From the NCBI GenBank assembly GCA_010015585.1, contig ML975160.1: DNA of 64,000 bases. One strand, 5' to 3'. Both the position numbers and the translations under genes were made by a program. Of the stretch, positions 1 through 12,902 are shown piece by piece (within the stretch, counting starts at the first letter, position 1; each line of letters opens with the position of its first letter). The notes beneath the pieces were generated by a model, which did no database searches, was not told the DNA's origin, and was given only the letters and a program-made list of their open reading frames with translations. The DNA comes from Eremomyces bilateralis CBS 781.70 (lineage: Eukaryota).

Positions 1-2181
1 CGAGTCATCCGGATATTGTCACGAAGAACGAAGAACAATCCCGTCCTTATTGGTGAACCGGGCGTGGGAAAAACAACAGTCGTGGAAGGCCTGGCTCTCC
101 GGATCGACAAGAAAGATGTTCCAGCAAACTTGGCGAACTGCAGACTGCTCTCATTGGACGTCGGTGCCTTGGTTGCTGGCAGCAAATACCGTGGAGAGTT
201 CGAGGAGCGGATGAAGGGTGTTTTGAAGGAGATTGAAGAGTCAAAGGACGTCATTGTTCTCTTCGTGGACGAAATTCACCTCCTCATGGGTGCCGGTTCG
301 AGCGGAGAGGGCGGCATGGACGCAGCCAACCTGCTCAAGCCCATGCTGGCTCGTGGTCAACTTCACTGCATCGGCGCCACTACCCTTGGCGAATATCGAA
401 AATACATCGAAAAAGACGCGGCCTTCGAACGACGTTTCCAACAAGTTATGGTCAAAGAACCTACCATTCCCGAGACGGTCTCCATTCTGCGTGGGTTAAA
501 AGAGAGGTATGAGAACCACCACGGTGTCACTATCCTGGATGGTGCCATTGTCTCAGCGGCTACATTAGCAGCTCGATACCTCACCCAACGACGACTCCCG
601 GACTCTGCCGTGGATCTCATCGACGAGGCCGCTGCTGCTGTCAGAGTGACCCGCGAGTCGCAACCGGAAGCCATCGACAACCTCGAGCGCAAACTTCGGC
701 AGTTGGAAATCGAGATCCACGCCCTAGGCCGCGAGAAGGATGAAGCGGCGAAAGCTCGTCTGGCTGATGCGAAACTTGAGGCCAAGAACGTGCTCGAAGA
801 GCTCGAACCTCTTCGTGCCAAATACACGAAAGAAAAAGGGCGCGCGGATGAGATCCACCAAGCCAAGTTACGACTCGAAGAGCTGGAACGGAAGATGGAA
901 CGAGCGGAGAACTTGCGCGACCTGGCTCAGGCTTCGGATTTGAAATACGGAGCCATCCCTGACCTCAAGGCCCGGATCGCAACGCTTGAGAATGAGAAGT
1001 TGAAAGCCGAGGCGGAGATGATGAGCCATCGTGGCACAGGAGGAGGGGAGCCACTCCTGGCCGATGCCGTTGGGCCGGAGCAGATCAACGAGATCGTCGC
1101 TCGCTGGACCGGCATCCCCGTCACCCGACTCAAGACGACGGAGAAGGAGAAGCTGCTCCACATGGAACAAGTTCTCGGCCGCATCGTTGTCGGCCAGCCC
1201 GAAGCCGTCAAATCAGTTTCGAACGCCATCCGACTGCAGCGATCCGGCCTCGCTAACCCGAACCAACCCCCCTCTTTCCTCTTCTGCGGCCCCTCCGGAA
1301 CCGGTAAGACGCTCCTCACCAAAGCTCTCGCCGAATTCCTCTTCGACGATCCCAAGTCCATGATCCGCTTCGACATGTCCGAGTACCAAGAACGGCACTC
1401 CCTGTCCCGCATGATCGGCGCGCCCCCTGGCTACGTCGGCCACGACGCCGGCGGCCAACTCACGGAAGCCCTCCGCCGCCGCCCCTTCTCCATCCTCCTC
1501 TTCGACGAGGTCGAGAAAGCCGCCAAGGAAGTCCTCACCGTCCTCCTCCAGCTCATGGACGACGGTCGCATCACCGACGGTCAAGGCCGCGTCGTCGACG
1601 CCAAGAACTGCATCGTCGTCATGACCTCCAACCTCGGCGCCGAGTTCCTCGCTCGCCCCAGCCGCCCTGACGGGAAAATCGACCCCACCACCAAAGAGCT
1701 CGTCATGGGCGCCCTGCGGAACTACTTCCTCCCGGAGTTTCTCAACCGCATCTCTAGCACCGTCATCTTCAACCGCCTCACGAAGCGCGAGATCCGCAAG
1801 ATCGTCGACGTCCGCCTCGTCGAAATCCAGAAGCGCCTCGCGGCGAATGGCCGCAACGTGCAGATCGACCTCAACACCGAGGTGCGCGACTACCTCGGGT
1901 CCGCGGGCTACTCACCCGCGTACGGCGCGCGGCCACTGGCGCGGCTGATCGAGAAGGAGATCCTGAACCGGCTTGCGGTGCTGATCCTGCGCGGAAGCAT
2001 CCGCGACGGGGAGACAGCGCAGGTGGTCTTGGAGAATGGGCACATTCACGTGGTACCGAACCATGGGATGGGGGAGAGCGATGTGGATTCAGATATGATT
2101 GATGAGGATGAGGCGATGGATGAGTTGGAGGCGGAGGCGGAGGATGGGGATGGGGATAAGGGGATGGAACTTTATGATTAG
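1..2181 (+). CDS. HSP104: Hsp104/ClpB AAA+ disaggregase, 5' part outside the window
   Basis: Two AAA+ modules: GEPGVGKT with FVDEIH, and GPSGTGKT with LLFDEVEKA. Also GSKYRGEFEER, a middle coiled-coil domain, PPGYVG, and an acidic C-terminal tail (GMELYD) typical of cytosolic fungal Hsp104. Confidence 0.95.
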   Translation, partial: RVIRILSRRTKNNPVLIGEPGVGKTTVVEGLALRIDKKDVPANLANCRLLSLDVGALVAGSKYRGEFEERMKGVLKEIEESKDVIVLFVDEIHLLMGAGSSGEGGMDAANLLKPMLARGQLHCIGATTLGEYRKYIEKDAAFERRFQQVMVKEPTIPETVSILRGLKERYENHHGVTILDGAIVSAATLAARYLTQRRLPDSAVDLIDEAAAAVRVTRESQPEAIDNLERKLRQLEIEIHALGREKDEAAKARLADAKLEAKNVLEELEPLRAKYTKEKGRADEIHQAKLRLEELERKMERAENLRDLAQASDLKYGAIPDLKARIATLENEKLKAEAEMMSHRGTGGGEPLLADAVGPEQINEIVARWTGIPVTRLKTTEKEKLLHMEQVLGRIVVGQPEAVKSVSNAIRLQRSGLANPNQPPSFLFCGPSGTGKTLLTKALAEFLFDDPKSMIRFDMSEYQERHSLSRMIGAPPGYVGHDAGGQLTEALRRRPFSILLFDEVEKAAKEVLTVLLQLMDDGRITDGQGRVVDAKNCIVVMTSNLGAEFLARPSRPDGKIDPTTKELVMGALRNYFLPEFLNRISSTVIFNRLTKREIRKIVDVRLVEIQKRLAANGRNVQIDLNTEVRDYLGSAGYSPAYGARPLARLIEKEILNRLAVLILRGSIRDGETAQVVLENGHIHVVPNHGMGESDVDSDMIDEDEAMDELEAEAEDGDGDKGMELYD

Positions 2182-3874
2182 ATGCGGGGATGGATGGATA
2201 TAGCGGACTACGATTGATGATGATACAGCAAAAGTATATATGGGCGTTGGGAATTGGGTAGAGCGGCAGAGTTTTCAGTTTGTGGATTTTAGCGGTCTAG
2301 ATGGACGAATATCAATGCAATGTTAGTTTTCAGTCATGATTTCCTTTCTTCGTTGCTATGATCTAGGTTCCTCACCCATCAACCTCCTCCACATTCCGTA
2401 ACATACCTAAGAACAGTTTGATAACGATGCTACACCCTCCATAACCTCACCACTCCGACCTCCATGCGAGGGTTACCTTGAGCCCCATTAGTCCTGGTCA
2501 ATTTACTTCCACTCACCGGACGCATAGCTAAATTTAATGACTGGTAGAAAGTGTGTCACTACTGCCGTAACCAGCGGGTCCTTTAGGTAAGATGAAGGGG
2601 GTAGGGAGATAGACCACCTGAATTACCGGGAAATGAGCACGGATTCTCTGTGGCAGTGTGAAGTTCTAAGCCGACCGAGAGACTCAATGACTTGTCCGCT
2701 GAAGTCGTAGATTTCCGGCCCCAATACCTGGGTTTCACAAGGATAAGGCCGTGGCGAGGGCAGCGGCAACACGCTCCTGCAGGTCTTTTCAATCGAAATT
2801 CCGGCACATGATGAAAATTAGATAATCGGAAACCGTAGAGTACGAAAATTATGCTTAATAAGGGAGATACCTATACTCTTTGATGTGCAACGAACAACGG
2901 GGCCCGAAGAAGCGCAGTTCGCTGCTGAGTCCACCCAGATTGCATGTTTATATCTTTAGCACATGTCCTTGATGCGAAGAATTGAATGCTAATAGGATTT
3001 TTAAGGGTCGAAAATAGTAGATCCTCTTGAAATAACGCTCATCTTTCAAAAAAGTCCCATCAGAAGAAGTCGGACCGAGGCTCAAACAAACATTGGAACG
3101 GCCAGGGAGACAAAGACAATGTCCTCAGGGGTTTTATATCTGCTTCACACTTAAGAAATGCTTGTTGTTTCCATAAAGATGACTCAGGATTGGATCAATG
3201 GCAAGGTTAGACAATCATGAGGGCAACAATTGAGATATGAGCAGCTGATTTCATTGGAATTGACGATTGCTTTTGGTTGACACCTAGAATTACCACAACC
3301 TCCCCTTGATTGCTTGCACTAACAAATTAGTTTCACCATTCTCTTAAGCGGCTACCATGGCACTCTCAATGGGATCCATAATAGCAGCTTCTTAAATTTC
3401 CAGTCATCGCAGAGGTACAGTGCTGATGAAAGAGATCAAAGTGTTTGAGCTGGAAACCATCGTGGACGTTGGAATAAAGCTCGGATAAAGCTCGGAATGA
3501 TAGACATCTCCACAACCAACGCCACGAGTGACGGGCGGCCTAAAAGCACCCGCAACCGCCGACGCGCTATGATGCAACGCGTCGAAACCACCCGCGGCTT
3601 CGGACCCTGGAAACTCGTGAAGCCGAGACCAGCATCTCCTGCCATGTCCTGGTTGTTCTGGAATGGCCACAACGCCACGTCGGTCTTTCGGCGCATGACA
3701 GCCTCTCGGCATGTGAACAATCCGGGAAATTGATATTTAGATGAACCGCACGAGTCGCTCTTTTGTTGCTCGGTTCGAAGGCAAGTTTGCATTGATACCT
3801 TTGCGCAATCGTCATCCATCCCATTCAGCAGCAGTTCTTTGTTTTCTAGCTTCCTGAATTATCATTCATCGACC

Positions 3875-5299
3875 ATGGCGCCGAAAAAGTCGACAAACTG
3901 CTATGTGTTGGGGGTGGGGATGACGAAGTTCATCAAGCCGCGGGGTGAGGTCGAGTATACCGAGATGGCGCTGGAGGCAGGTGTGAAGGCCATGCTTGAT
4001 GCGGGCATCAACTACGACGAGGTCGAGCAAGGCGTTGCCTGTTACGTGTACGGCGATTCGACCTGCGGTCAACGGGTGTTCTACCAATTCGGCATGACCA
4101 AGATCCCGATCTACAACGTCAACAACAACTGCTCGACCGGCAGCACCGGCCTTTACATGGGACGATCGTTCGTGACCTCCGGCGCATCGGACTGCGTCCT
4201 CGTCGTCGGCTTTGAGAAGATGGCCCCCGGGTCGCTGTCGAGCAAGTGGGACGATCGCGAGAGCCCCATGCAGGGATCCGTCATGATGATGATGGAAACC
4301 CGGGGGTTCGAGACCGGGCCGCCGACGTGCCAGCTGTTCGGGAATGCGGGTCGAGAGCACATGGAGAAGTACGGCAGCACGGCGGACGATTATGCCGAGA
4401 TTGCCCGGGTCAACCATGAGCATAGCACACGGAATCCGTACGCGCAGTTCCGGAAGGAATATACCTTGGAGGAGGTGAAGAGCAGTGGGATGATGCATGA
4501 TCCCCTTACAAAATTGCAGTGTTGCCCGGTGCGTTGAAATCTTCCACAATCGCAGAGGAAAGGACTAACTGAAATATAGACTTCGGATGGTGCTGGAGCG
4601 GCCGTTTTGGTGTCCGAGGAATTCCTCAACCAACGACCCCATTTGAGGTCTCACGCCGTCCTGATCGCCGGCCAATGCCTTGCGACCGACGAACCTTCCC
4701 TCTACAACCGAAGCGCCATCGACCTCATGGGATACGGAATGGTCGATTATGCCGCCAAGACCGCATTCGCGGAGGCCAATGCGAGCCCGAAGGACGTCAC
4801 CGTCTGCGAACTCCACGACTGCTTCAGCGCGAACGAGATGATCTCCTTGGAAGCATTGGGTCTGGCTGAGAAGGGTAAGGCCCACGAGATGGTCCGCAAG
4901 GGAGACATCACATACGGCGGACGGGTCGTGGTGAACCCATCCGGAGGCTTGATTTCGAAGGGTCATCCGCTCGGCGCAACGGGCCTGGCGCAATGCACAG
5001 AGCTCGTCTGGCAGCTGCGAGGTTGGGCGGGAGATCGTCTCGTGCCTGATACCACTACTGCTCTGCAGCATAACATCGGATTGGGTGGAGCAGTCGTCGT
5101 GACTGTATACAAACGATCTGATGGAAAGGCCTGCGTTAAGGTTAGCGATGAAGAGGCTGCAAAGGCGTCGGGTCTCGGTTATAATCCCGCTGTCCAGGCA
5201 AAGGGATTCACCAAAGAGCAGTTCGAGAAGGTCAGGAGTAAGCACTTCAGTGACTGGGCGCTTGGTGAGACGTTAGATAAGATCACAGCTCGTCTTTAA
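3875..5299 (+). CDS. Peroxisomal SCP-x-type thiolase (non-specific lipid-transfer protein family)
   Basis: Motifs NVNNNCSTGSTG, ELHDCFS, SGGLISKGHPLGATG and LQHNIGLGG. Intron 4529-4579 (GT...ACTAAC...TAG) joins CCP to TSDG. C-terminal ARL is a PTS1 signal. Confidence 0.93.
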
Positions 5300-7037
5300 G
5301 GGCGGTCATGTATTTGTCGGATGTACTATTTGAATGTTAGAAGCATTTTTTGGTTGCAACCCGTTGTTGGTCTCTGTCCTGCATCATGGCATCGATACCC
5401 CGTTTTCTAATGCTTGGCCGCTCTTGTCACGACTGCTCTTCATTCCGTTTATACACCTGTGTCAGCAACAGTACTATCTAAATGCCTCCTGTAGGTACAC
5501 TTTCAGTGTGACAGGAATCTCACTTCGTGCAATCCCTAAAGAGAAAGATCCTAAAACTTCTATATATATTCATCAACCTGGCCGCCCCTTTCTTTTTTTT
5601 TTTAAGTGTCTTTGGAGAGACCCTCATTTTCCACCGAACGCCGCTTCATCATAAGTTAGGTCGATTTCTAAAGTTTCCATGCCTTCCGAATTCAAACAAG
5701 CTATCTTACCACGCTTTAGCTCAGTCCATTCAGGTCCTCGTTCATATTTCGCCCGCGGCGCTCCATCCGAATACAACTCAACTGCCCGTGAGCTCGATTC
5801 AGTTCTTCACGAATTTCCATTCTCCGTTAATAGTAAGATTCTCCGTTACCCATAATGGAGCCGCGAGATTTGTTACGCGAACACCACTTGAATACTCCAG
5901 TTGGTTCAGGCCCTAATTCAGTCCGCGTCTACCAGGAACGGGACTCTACAGTCAATCCGATCATGGCACAACCCACTATGGGCCAGTCGGAGTCCGGATC
6001 GTCGATCAGTGACGATCCCGGCAGTCGTTCAAGTCCTTCTTACGGATGTTGATCGGCTTTCATTGCCTTCGGTGAGTTTTTTCTGACCGGATCGCAGTGG
6101 CCAACTTCCCAAAGTAGCCCGAGGATCTGCTGGATCAGAAGTGTATGGAACGTGAGAAGAATGGTCAGAGAAATGGAAAAGATCACGCTCTGTTGCAACT
6201 CCAAGCAAATATCATATCTGGTACGGAGTCTAGACACCACCCGCGGGAAGAGACATCAACTCATAGAGGGAACGCGAGAAGCTCAACATGCTGCTCATCA
6301 ATAGAAGCGGAACCGGGTTCACGCTCAGGGCCATTGAGCTGAGGGGCAGGTAAGAACAACAGCGAGCAGGACAGTACTGTTCAGTTAATTACACTATGAT
6401 TTCCGGAGTTGCGCATGCTGAAATAGAGTTAAAGATAGACTATTAACTTGAACGGTTCGGTGGCAATGGTAAGTTAAGCGGCATAAGACTGTGATATATG
6501 AGAATTCAAGGAAATCTCCCAGATGATCAAGCAATACCAAGCCAGGACAACAAGTGAAACGTATTCGCTGGCTGGGACGCATAATCACAAAGGGTGTGTG
6601 AATTGCAGTTGTAACATATAAACTCAGATTTAACAAATCATATCAGCGGAAATAATCTAGCTGAGTGGCGTGGTTATAACCATTCGTTTGGCACCCCACT
6701 AGTACGAAAGTACTAGGAATACGTTGAAAAAACTCCAAGGGGTTACCTAGGGCCTCGGGCTTATAGTTTTGCTCTTTTGCGGGACAACGCTGTGCCTAGC
6801 TCATTCTCTTTTCACTTCGGTACCTGCAGAAGCTTGGAAAGGAGTCACAAAGGCGTTCAGGGGTTCGTTTTGTGGTGGGTTCGAGTCCGAGTGTGCCAGT
6901 TTATATTTCACCACAGCACCGTCCAGTTGCACACCAGGCTCGGTTTTCGCTGAGAGAAATTGCAATTTGTGACCGTGCTATATTATCTATCTTCCACCAT
7001 CGCTGATTAACTCAACATTTTATACAACTCCTCATCC

Positions 7038-8145
7038 TTAGCTAGCTATCAGGCGCACGGGGTTGGTTGAATACCAGTTCTCTCGAGGGTCCCCCAAGCA
7101 CTCGCCGACCGTGACAACCTTCAAGTTATGTTGGCGAGCTTTTTCAAGCATGTATTTGGCCAAGCTGTGCACTGTCTGATCTAACGTGTCGTGGGATAGG
7201 ACGATCCCTTTTGCATGGAGGGCATCATCGAAACGCTCCTTTGCGAAATGGATCTCGTCCGGGGTGAGATACAGGAAATCTTTCGTGTCAACATCGGTTC
7301 CAATCTACGACACCTGTCAGTGCATCTGTACTACTTTGCAGGCGATACTTCCATGTCTCGACTTACGACGCGGTAGCCAAGACTTTGCATGTCGCTCAGG
7401 CACGCATCATTACACTCGAGGAAAGGAGGCCTCATATAAGTCGGATAGAATCCGAGTATACCCAAAAGTGCACCTTCGACTTGTATCATTTCAGTCTTTC
7501 GTCCCTCTTGGGAAAGCGTGTTGAGGTCCGGGTGGGTCCACGTATGAGAGGCAATCTGGTGTCCAGCTTGATGGACTCGTTGGATCAGGGCCGGCCATTG
7601 CGACGAGGGGTTATCCATCGGTCCCTGTGGTTGATTGTCCCCAGTGAGGAAGAAGGTGGCCTTCGCGTTGTACGAGTCCAAGATATTCAGCAGATCGGCG
7701 GTCCAAATATTCGGGCCATCGTCAAAGGTAAGGGCAAGCGTGTTTTCTTGTGTACAAGTGGTGATCCAACCATAAGGTACAGCCCGTGCCAAATTTCGAT
7801 GATCGGTAGAATGGAACTCTGGGCGTGCGTTCTTGTCGCAGGCCCGGCCATCACCAAACTGGCATTGAGGGACGTCGCAGTGGCTACGACTCTGCCCACA
7901 GAAACCCTGTTGCGCTATGTCACACCTGTGTTCGGAGCTGGACCAGTGGAGTAACTCACACTTTGAGAGCAGCAGAACCCTGCAGGGCACACTGCCCGTC
8001 CATTTTGAGATCCACAACGCTGATCCTCTGGTCCGGTGCCATGGTGCAGACTCGGATACCGCAAAGGCTCGGCGACACTGGAGGATAGGAATAGCCCGAC
8101 CGCAGCGAGCACAGTAAGCCTTTGAGTTGCGAAGGAGAGCATCAT
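7038..8145 (-). CDS. Secreted polysaccharide (chitin) deacetylase, CE4/NodB domain with N-terminal hevein-like CBM18
   Basis: Signal peptide MMLSFATQRLTVLAAVGLFLSSSVA. Cys-rich CGSQNGRAVCPAGFCCSQ-GFCG module. CE4 motifs TFDDGP, HTWTHPDL, RPPF, DTKDF and IVLSHD. Two introns near 7915-7957 and 7312-7366 (approximate). Stop at 7038-7040. Confidence 0.9.
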
Positions 8146-9635
8146 CGTGTTCGAATTTCGACTTGAAAGACTTGGTTGTAATTGCCTAATACTCGAACAT
8201 CGTCGCGAAACGGCAGAGATATAAATGTTTCTCTCAGCATGACTTGTAGCAATACGAAAATCCAACTCGCTTCTCAATATGATTTGATTCCCAACCCATG
8301 GAGGCAAAAATATTGAAATGACGATCCGGGTCCGTAACGCCAGGTCCGACAACTATCGAAATTGTGCGTTACATTCACTTCACACCTTTACCGGGTGCGG
8401 TGGGTAGGAGTTACCTCCGACTGAGGAGCGGCTCTTGGCCTTCCGATGCTGCGAAACTCTGCCTATCTCCATGCTGAGGGTCATTCACAAAGTCGATCTC
8501 CAGTACAGCATACCGAACTATGGAATGCTAGAGAGATGAATACGGCGTCGAATATATGTTGTACAGTCGACGTGTCGTCCAGCGGTGGAATACGATCTGC
8601 GCGTGCAAGACAGCACACGTCACCGCATCTCAGACATTTCAATGGTGCACCGTCAGGCCGAAAGATGCTGGGGCTCTCCCCAACCTTGTACCATGAACTG
8701 TGATCATGTTGATGTAACGGAGTAGAAGACTTGCATTTCGAATCTTTGCGTCATCCATCGGAAGAACTGTAGTCGTGTGCAATATTAGTTGTCGTTCTAA
8801 AGATGGCAGGATCAGATCTACCACCCCTGCATGGCGGTTTCCTAGTCGGTCATCGGGTTAGTCTCTGCGGGCCGGGGCGACGCTTCCGATTCACACTGCA
8901 AGTCTGCAACCTTCCTGGAAATCCAACTTCACTCCAAACTCTTAACTCCCGGTTCACTGCTCCCATAATTCATCATCTGCTCGTATCCCCTGCGGTAGCA
9001 CTCGAGAATACCCGACATGTACAGGATTCAGGAATCACACAGGGAAGCATGGATATCCTGACACATGCGATGTGTTCGTTGCGTAACCATGCTAGAGCAC
9101 AACTCTACCGCGTGCCTGGCATGTCGACCCCCATCGCTGAGAACTCAATGGTTCCTCGGATGGAGCTGAGCCCATCATGGAGCCTTACTTCACTTATGCA
9201 GCTCCTTCATTGTGATCGTCACTTTCTCACCAGCCTTGCGTTCGTATTTTTACAAGCACGATGTGTAGAAATTCGTCCTGAAATCAGGGGCAGCTCCGAC
9301 GATTCCTGGTCGGAGCTGAGTCGGGATGTGTTGCAATAACCCAAGCCGCTGGTTTCTTTGTGGAGAGGCCAAATCTGTCCAATGGGACTGAGAGAAGGTC
9401 ATTTTCACAGACGGCTATTTCCCTCATAATGCGGGAGGTTCAGTTATCGTCAGACACCTCCTTCGCAATGCTCACTTCCCAGTGTATTAGGAGAACAGAA
9501 CGTCTGAGATCGAAATAGCTATGATCTGTGGTCTATATCAAGGGGCAGCTGTACCCGGGCCCTCTAAGCTCTTAAACTGTTTTGTGTATTTCGTTGCATG
9601 GCCTTTGGCAGTCTAGTTTTTACCTATTATTCGCC

Positions 9636-11145
9636 ATGAAGATTGCTCTGAAACAGCCAATTCATCAAGCGTTACCGACTACTCAGCTCGATAAGCCAGG
9701 TGATTTCGATCATCTTGTGACAGAACAGCCACGGGCATATCGACGGTATCCCAGTGTTTCCTACCATGGAAACCTCCAAATTGGAAGACTCCTCGAGCCG
9801 GACAGTCAATTAGGGGTCAAAGACTTGCAAAATATGATCACCACGCCAACCGCGGCTGAAATTCCGGCCATCGCTTCGGTACCCAGTCTACCTGGTAACC
9901 CTTCGATTGTCGCGATAATCGGCACCGGGTACGTCGGGTATAACCTAGTCAAGTGCTTTGCGCCTCATTACGAAGTCCTGGCCTTTGACGTTAATGAAAA
10001 AAGAGTTGAGCAACTTTGCGCTGAGTTTGAATCCCCTCGGATTCATCCAACGAACAGCCCAGTTGACCTATCTCGGGCAACCCACTTTCTAATTTCGGTC
10101 CCGACAAATGTTCTTCCCGACAAGTCGATCGATACGTCCTGCTTACAGAAAGCAATTCAAACAGTGGGAGGATGTGCTCGTCCAGGCTCAACTGTGGTAA
10201 TCGAAAGTTCGGTTGCTGTTGGAATGACTAGACGACTCCTTGGGCCGTTGATGCGACTTCGTGGACTTAAAGCAGGCATGTCACCAGAGGTACGCAAGTA
10301 ATCTTCCCTTCAGCAACTAGCATGTTCATGAAAGGCAGCGCGTCGACCCAGGTCGGACGTCGCCTACGCTGGTAGACACTCCGAAAATCATCAGTGGTAT
10401 TACTCCAGAGTCTCTCGAAAGCATCAAAGAACTTTACGGCCCGGTGTTCAACCAATTGGTTCCCGTTTCACGACCAGAGGTGGCGGAAATGGCGAAGCTA
10501 TACGAGAACTGCCAAAGAATGGTTTGTATAGCTTACGCAAATGAGCTGGCAGACGCATGCATCGAGCATGACATTTCCGCCTTTGAAGTTTGCTCAGCTG
10601 CTGCGAGCAAACCATTTGGTTATTCACCTTTCACGCCGAGCCTTGGAGTCGGAGGCCACTGCATTCCAGTGAATCCATTCTATCTCTTCGCCAGCTCTTC
10701 CCGTCCGGATTCGTTTCCAATACTACGATCCGCAACCGAAAGGAATTGGGGACGGCCTGCTGCCGTTGGTGACTATCTCATGTCGTCTCTATTCAAGTCT
10801 TCCCAATACCGCGACGGAATCGCAAAAGGGCCCCCGAGGATTCTTATTGTCGGCGCAGGATTCAAACGCGGACAAAGTGTTCTCAGCAACAGCCCGGGGG
10901 TGGCATTGATGAAGCACCTCAAGGATGCATGGGAGCTTAAAGTTATTGAGTTTGCCGACCCCATGGTCAGACAAGAGCAGCTTCCAGAATTCCGCAGAAT
11001 TGATGAATCCTTGGAGTGGAATGTGGAGAATCTGAGGAAATATTGTCTAATTATCATCGCAATTAGGCAGGACGGACTTGACTTCAGCGTTCTAGACACT
11101 GCGGCGCAGGGCACATATACCAGAGTCGAATACTATTGCCCATGA
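9636..11145 (+). CDS. UDP-glucose/GDP-mannose dehydrogenase family protein, UDP-N-acetylhexosamine 6-dehydrogenase-like (WbpA/WecC/TviB type)
   Basis: Rossmann GTGYVG, ISVPT and ESSVAVG. Intron 10290-10338 creates MSPERVDPG. Also AEMAKLYEN and catalytic GVGGHCIP (not the GFGGSCF of UDP-glucose dehydrogenases). Confidence 0.88.
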
Positions 11146-12902
11146 GGAGACTGGTTGCTGGCATGGCGGACACATGACGTTTTCAAGCCACTGTTCGAAG
11201 GCCTTGACAACGGGCGGAAATAATAGAACATACACAGTCCTTAGTGATTCAGTTACATTCAGTGGTTCCATAAAGTCATTGTGCACTGAACATCCTACCT
11301 CCCACTGACCAATCCCGCAAACTGCTACCGTTGCACGGTCCGACAGCTATGGATGACCAGTCCTATCGGTGTCCTCCACCGTCGTGCAAAACCATCTCCC
11401 CAGGTTGGTCCCAGTATGATCTTCCGGGAGGCACCTTCATGGCGTTCCTGGAATCAGTCCAGTCGCTGGGAGTTCGCTTAATGCACGATCGGGAAAAAAT
11501 CAGGAATACATTCCACCAGATCCACGGATCTGGGATTGGAACATTACCCAGCGGTTCTCGAAAACGATGACATACAGAACATCACTGATCAGCTGTCCCC
11601 GACTCTGCCCCCGAGATCCTACCACTTGTTCCTGGTCCATGTACGATATATCGCCTTTAATTTTAAGATCGCGCCAATCGGGAGACATATTCGGCATAAT
11701 TGGGGGGAAGTCCGTGGTAGCTACATGAACTGCACTGGATACGAGATTATATTCCAGAGCCGGAAATATCAAAGTCCTCAGATCGTCTAGTGACCTCGAA
11801 CATGCAAGATCCGAAAATGTACCTGAGCCCCTCTCGGGAGATATCAACCGGCTGCAGGATCGAGAGGCTTCACGCCAATTTCTAGGGGGCGATCGGAAGT
11901 AGGTAAGACGCTACAACAGTTAAGGGCCAGAAGCTTCCATATTGAAATATTCCAACGCTCCCTTTCTAGCTCGCTGTTCCTGAAACGCTCCATCCATGCG
12001 GTGACACAGCGTGCCAATAGTCCGATGTAAGCCAAGTAGTATAGGCAGAGCTTTGTGATTCAGTTGACCGCTCGACAGGGTTTCCATGGCTGCTTGTTGG
12101 GTACTATGGCAGTTCAGCAACGTGGCCGTGCTTCCCATCTTACCTCTTTTCTTAGAGTGTGCATTTTCGTTTTACATGTGAATCATTCCCGCTCATTTTG
12201 TCAGCGCCGGTAATCAAAGGGCAGCAGTTTGTGGCTCGCTTGAGTCATTAACAGCTTGCATATACGGGTCACATCCGCTACGCACCTGCTTCTAATGGCT
12301 CGCAGGTATGAATAGTGCCGCGAGGCGTTTCGAGGAGATTGCAATTGGGTTCGTTCAGTCTCTCCACTGGACTAACTTCGATGTCGGCCTATGGATGCCA
12401 TCATTTTACGTCTACAGCATGCTGTGGGACCCAGATCACGGTTCCATTAAGTCGGATACGCCGATATCTCAATAATTGAAGTTTTCGAACTGAACGGGGG
12501 ATTATGGGTCATGCATTGAAGCTCTGACCTTGCGGATTTCAACGTTAAGTATCGATTAGCGTCAAGAGTCCCGGGTTCGCAATCTACCAAAGGTCAGCTA
12601 GAACCGCCGTAGTCCGATGTCAATGCTTTAAGAACCAAGTACTGAAGCTATAGGGCATAAGTAGTTTAACATGGGCAACAAAGTCGACATCCTGAGTCTT
12701 CGGTTAATTGATTATTGTCTCGTCGTATTCGAGTATTTGATGGCTTTTAATCCTGCCTAGCCATACTTCAGCACTACATCACTACCTGGCTCCTTGAGAG
12801 GAGATACGCCGTTCGTTGAAGCTTCTCCTTTCCAAACGCATATACGCCCACATCTCGGCATCCCTTCACTTATTCGATTTCGAACCAGTTGGAACGCCCC
12901 TC

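Noticed and set aside
1100..2000. Strong C-rich composition in the second half of HSP104
   Set aside because: It reflects third-position codon bias within a continuous conserved frame and also explains the long antisense ORFs. No evidence of an insertion.
3866..5245. Long antisense ORFs over the thiolase, and similar ones over other genes
   Set aside because: Shadow frames of GC3-rich coding sequence with no motifs.
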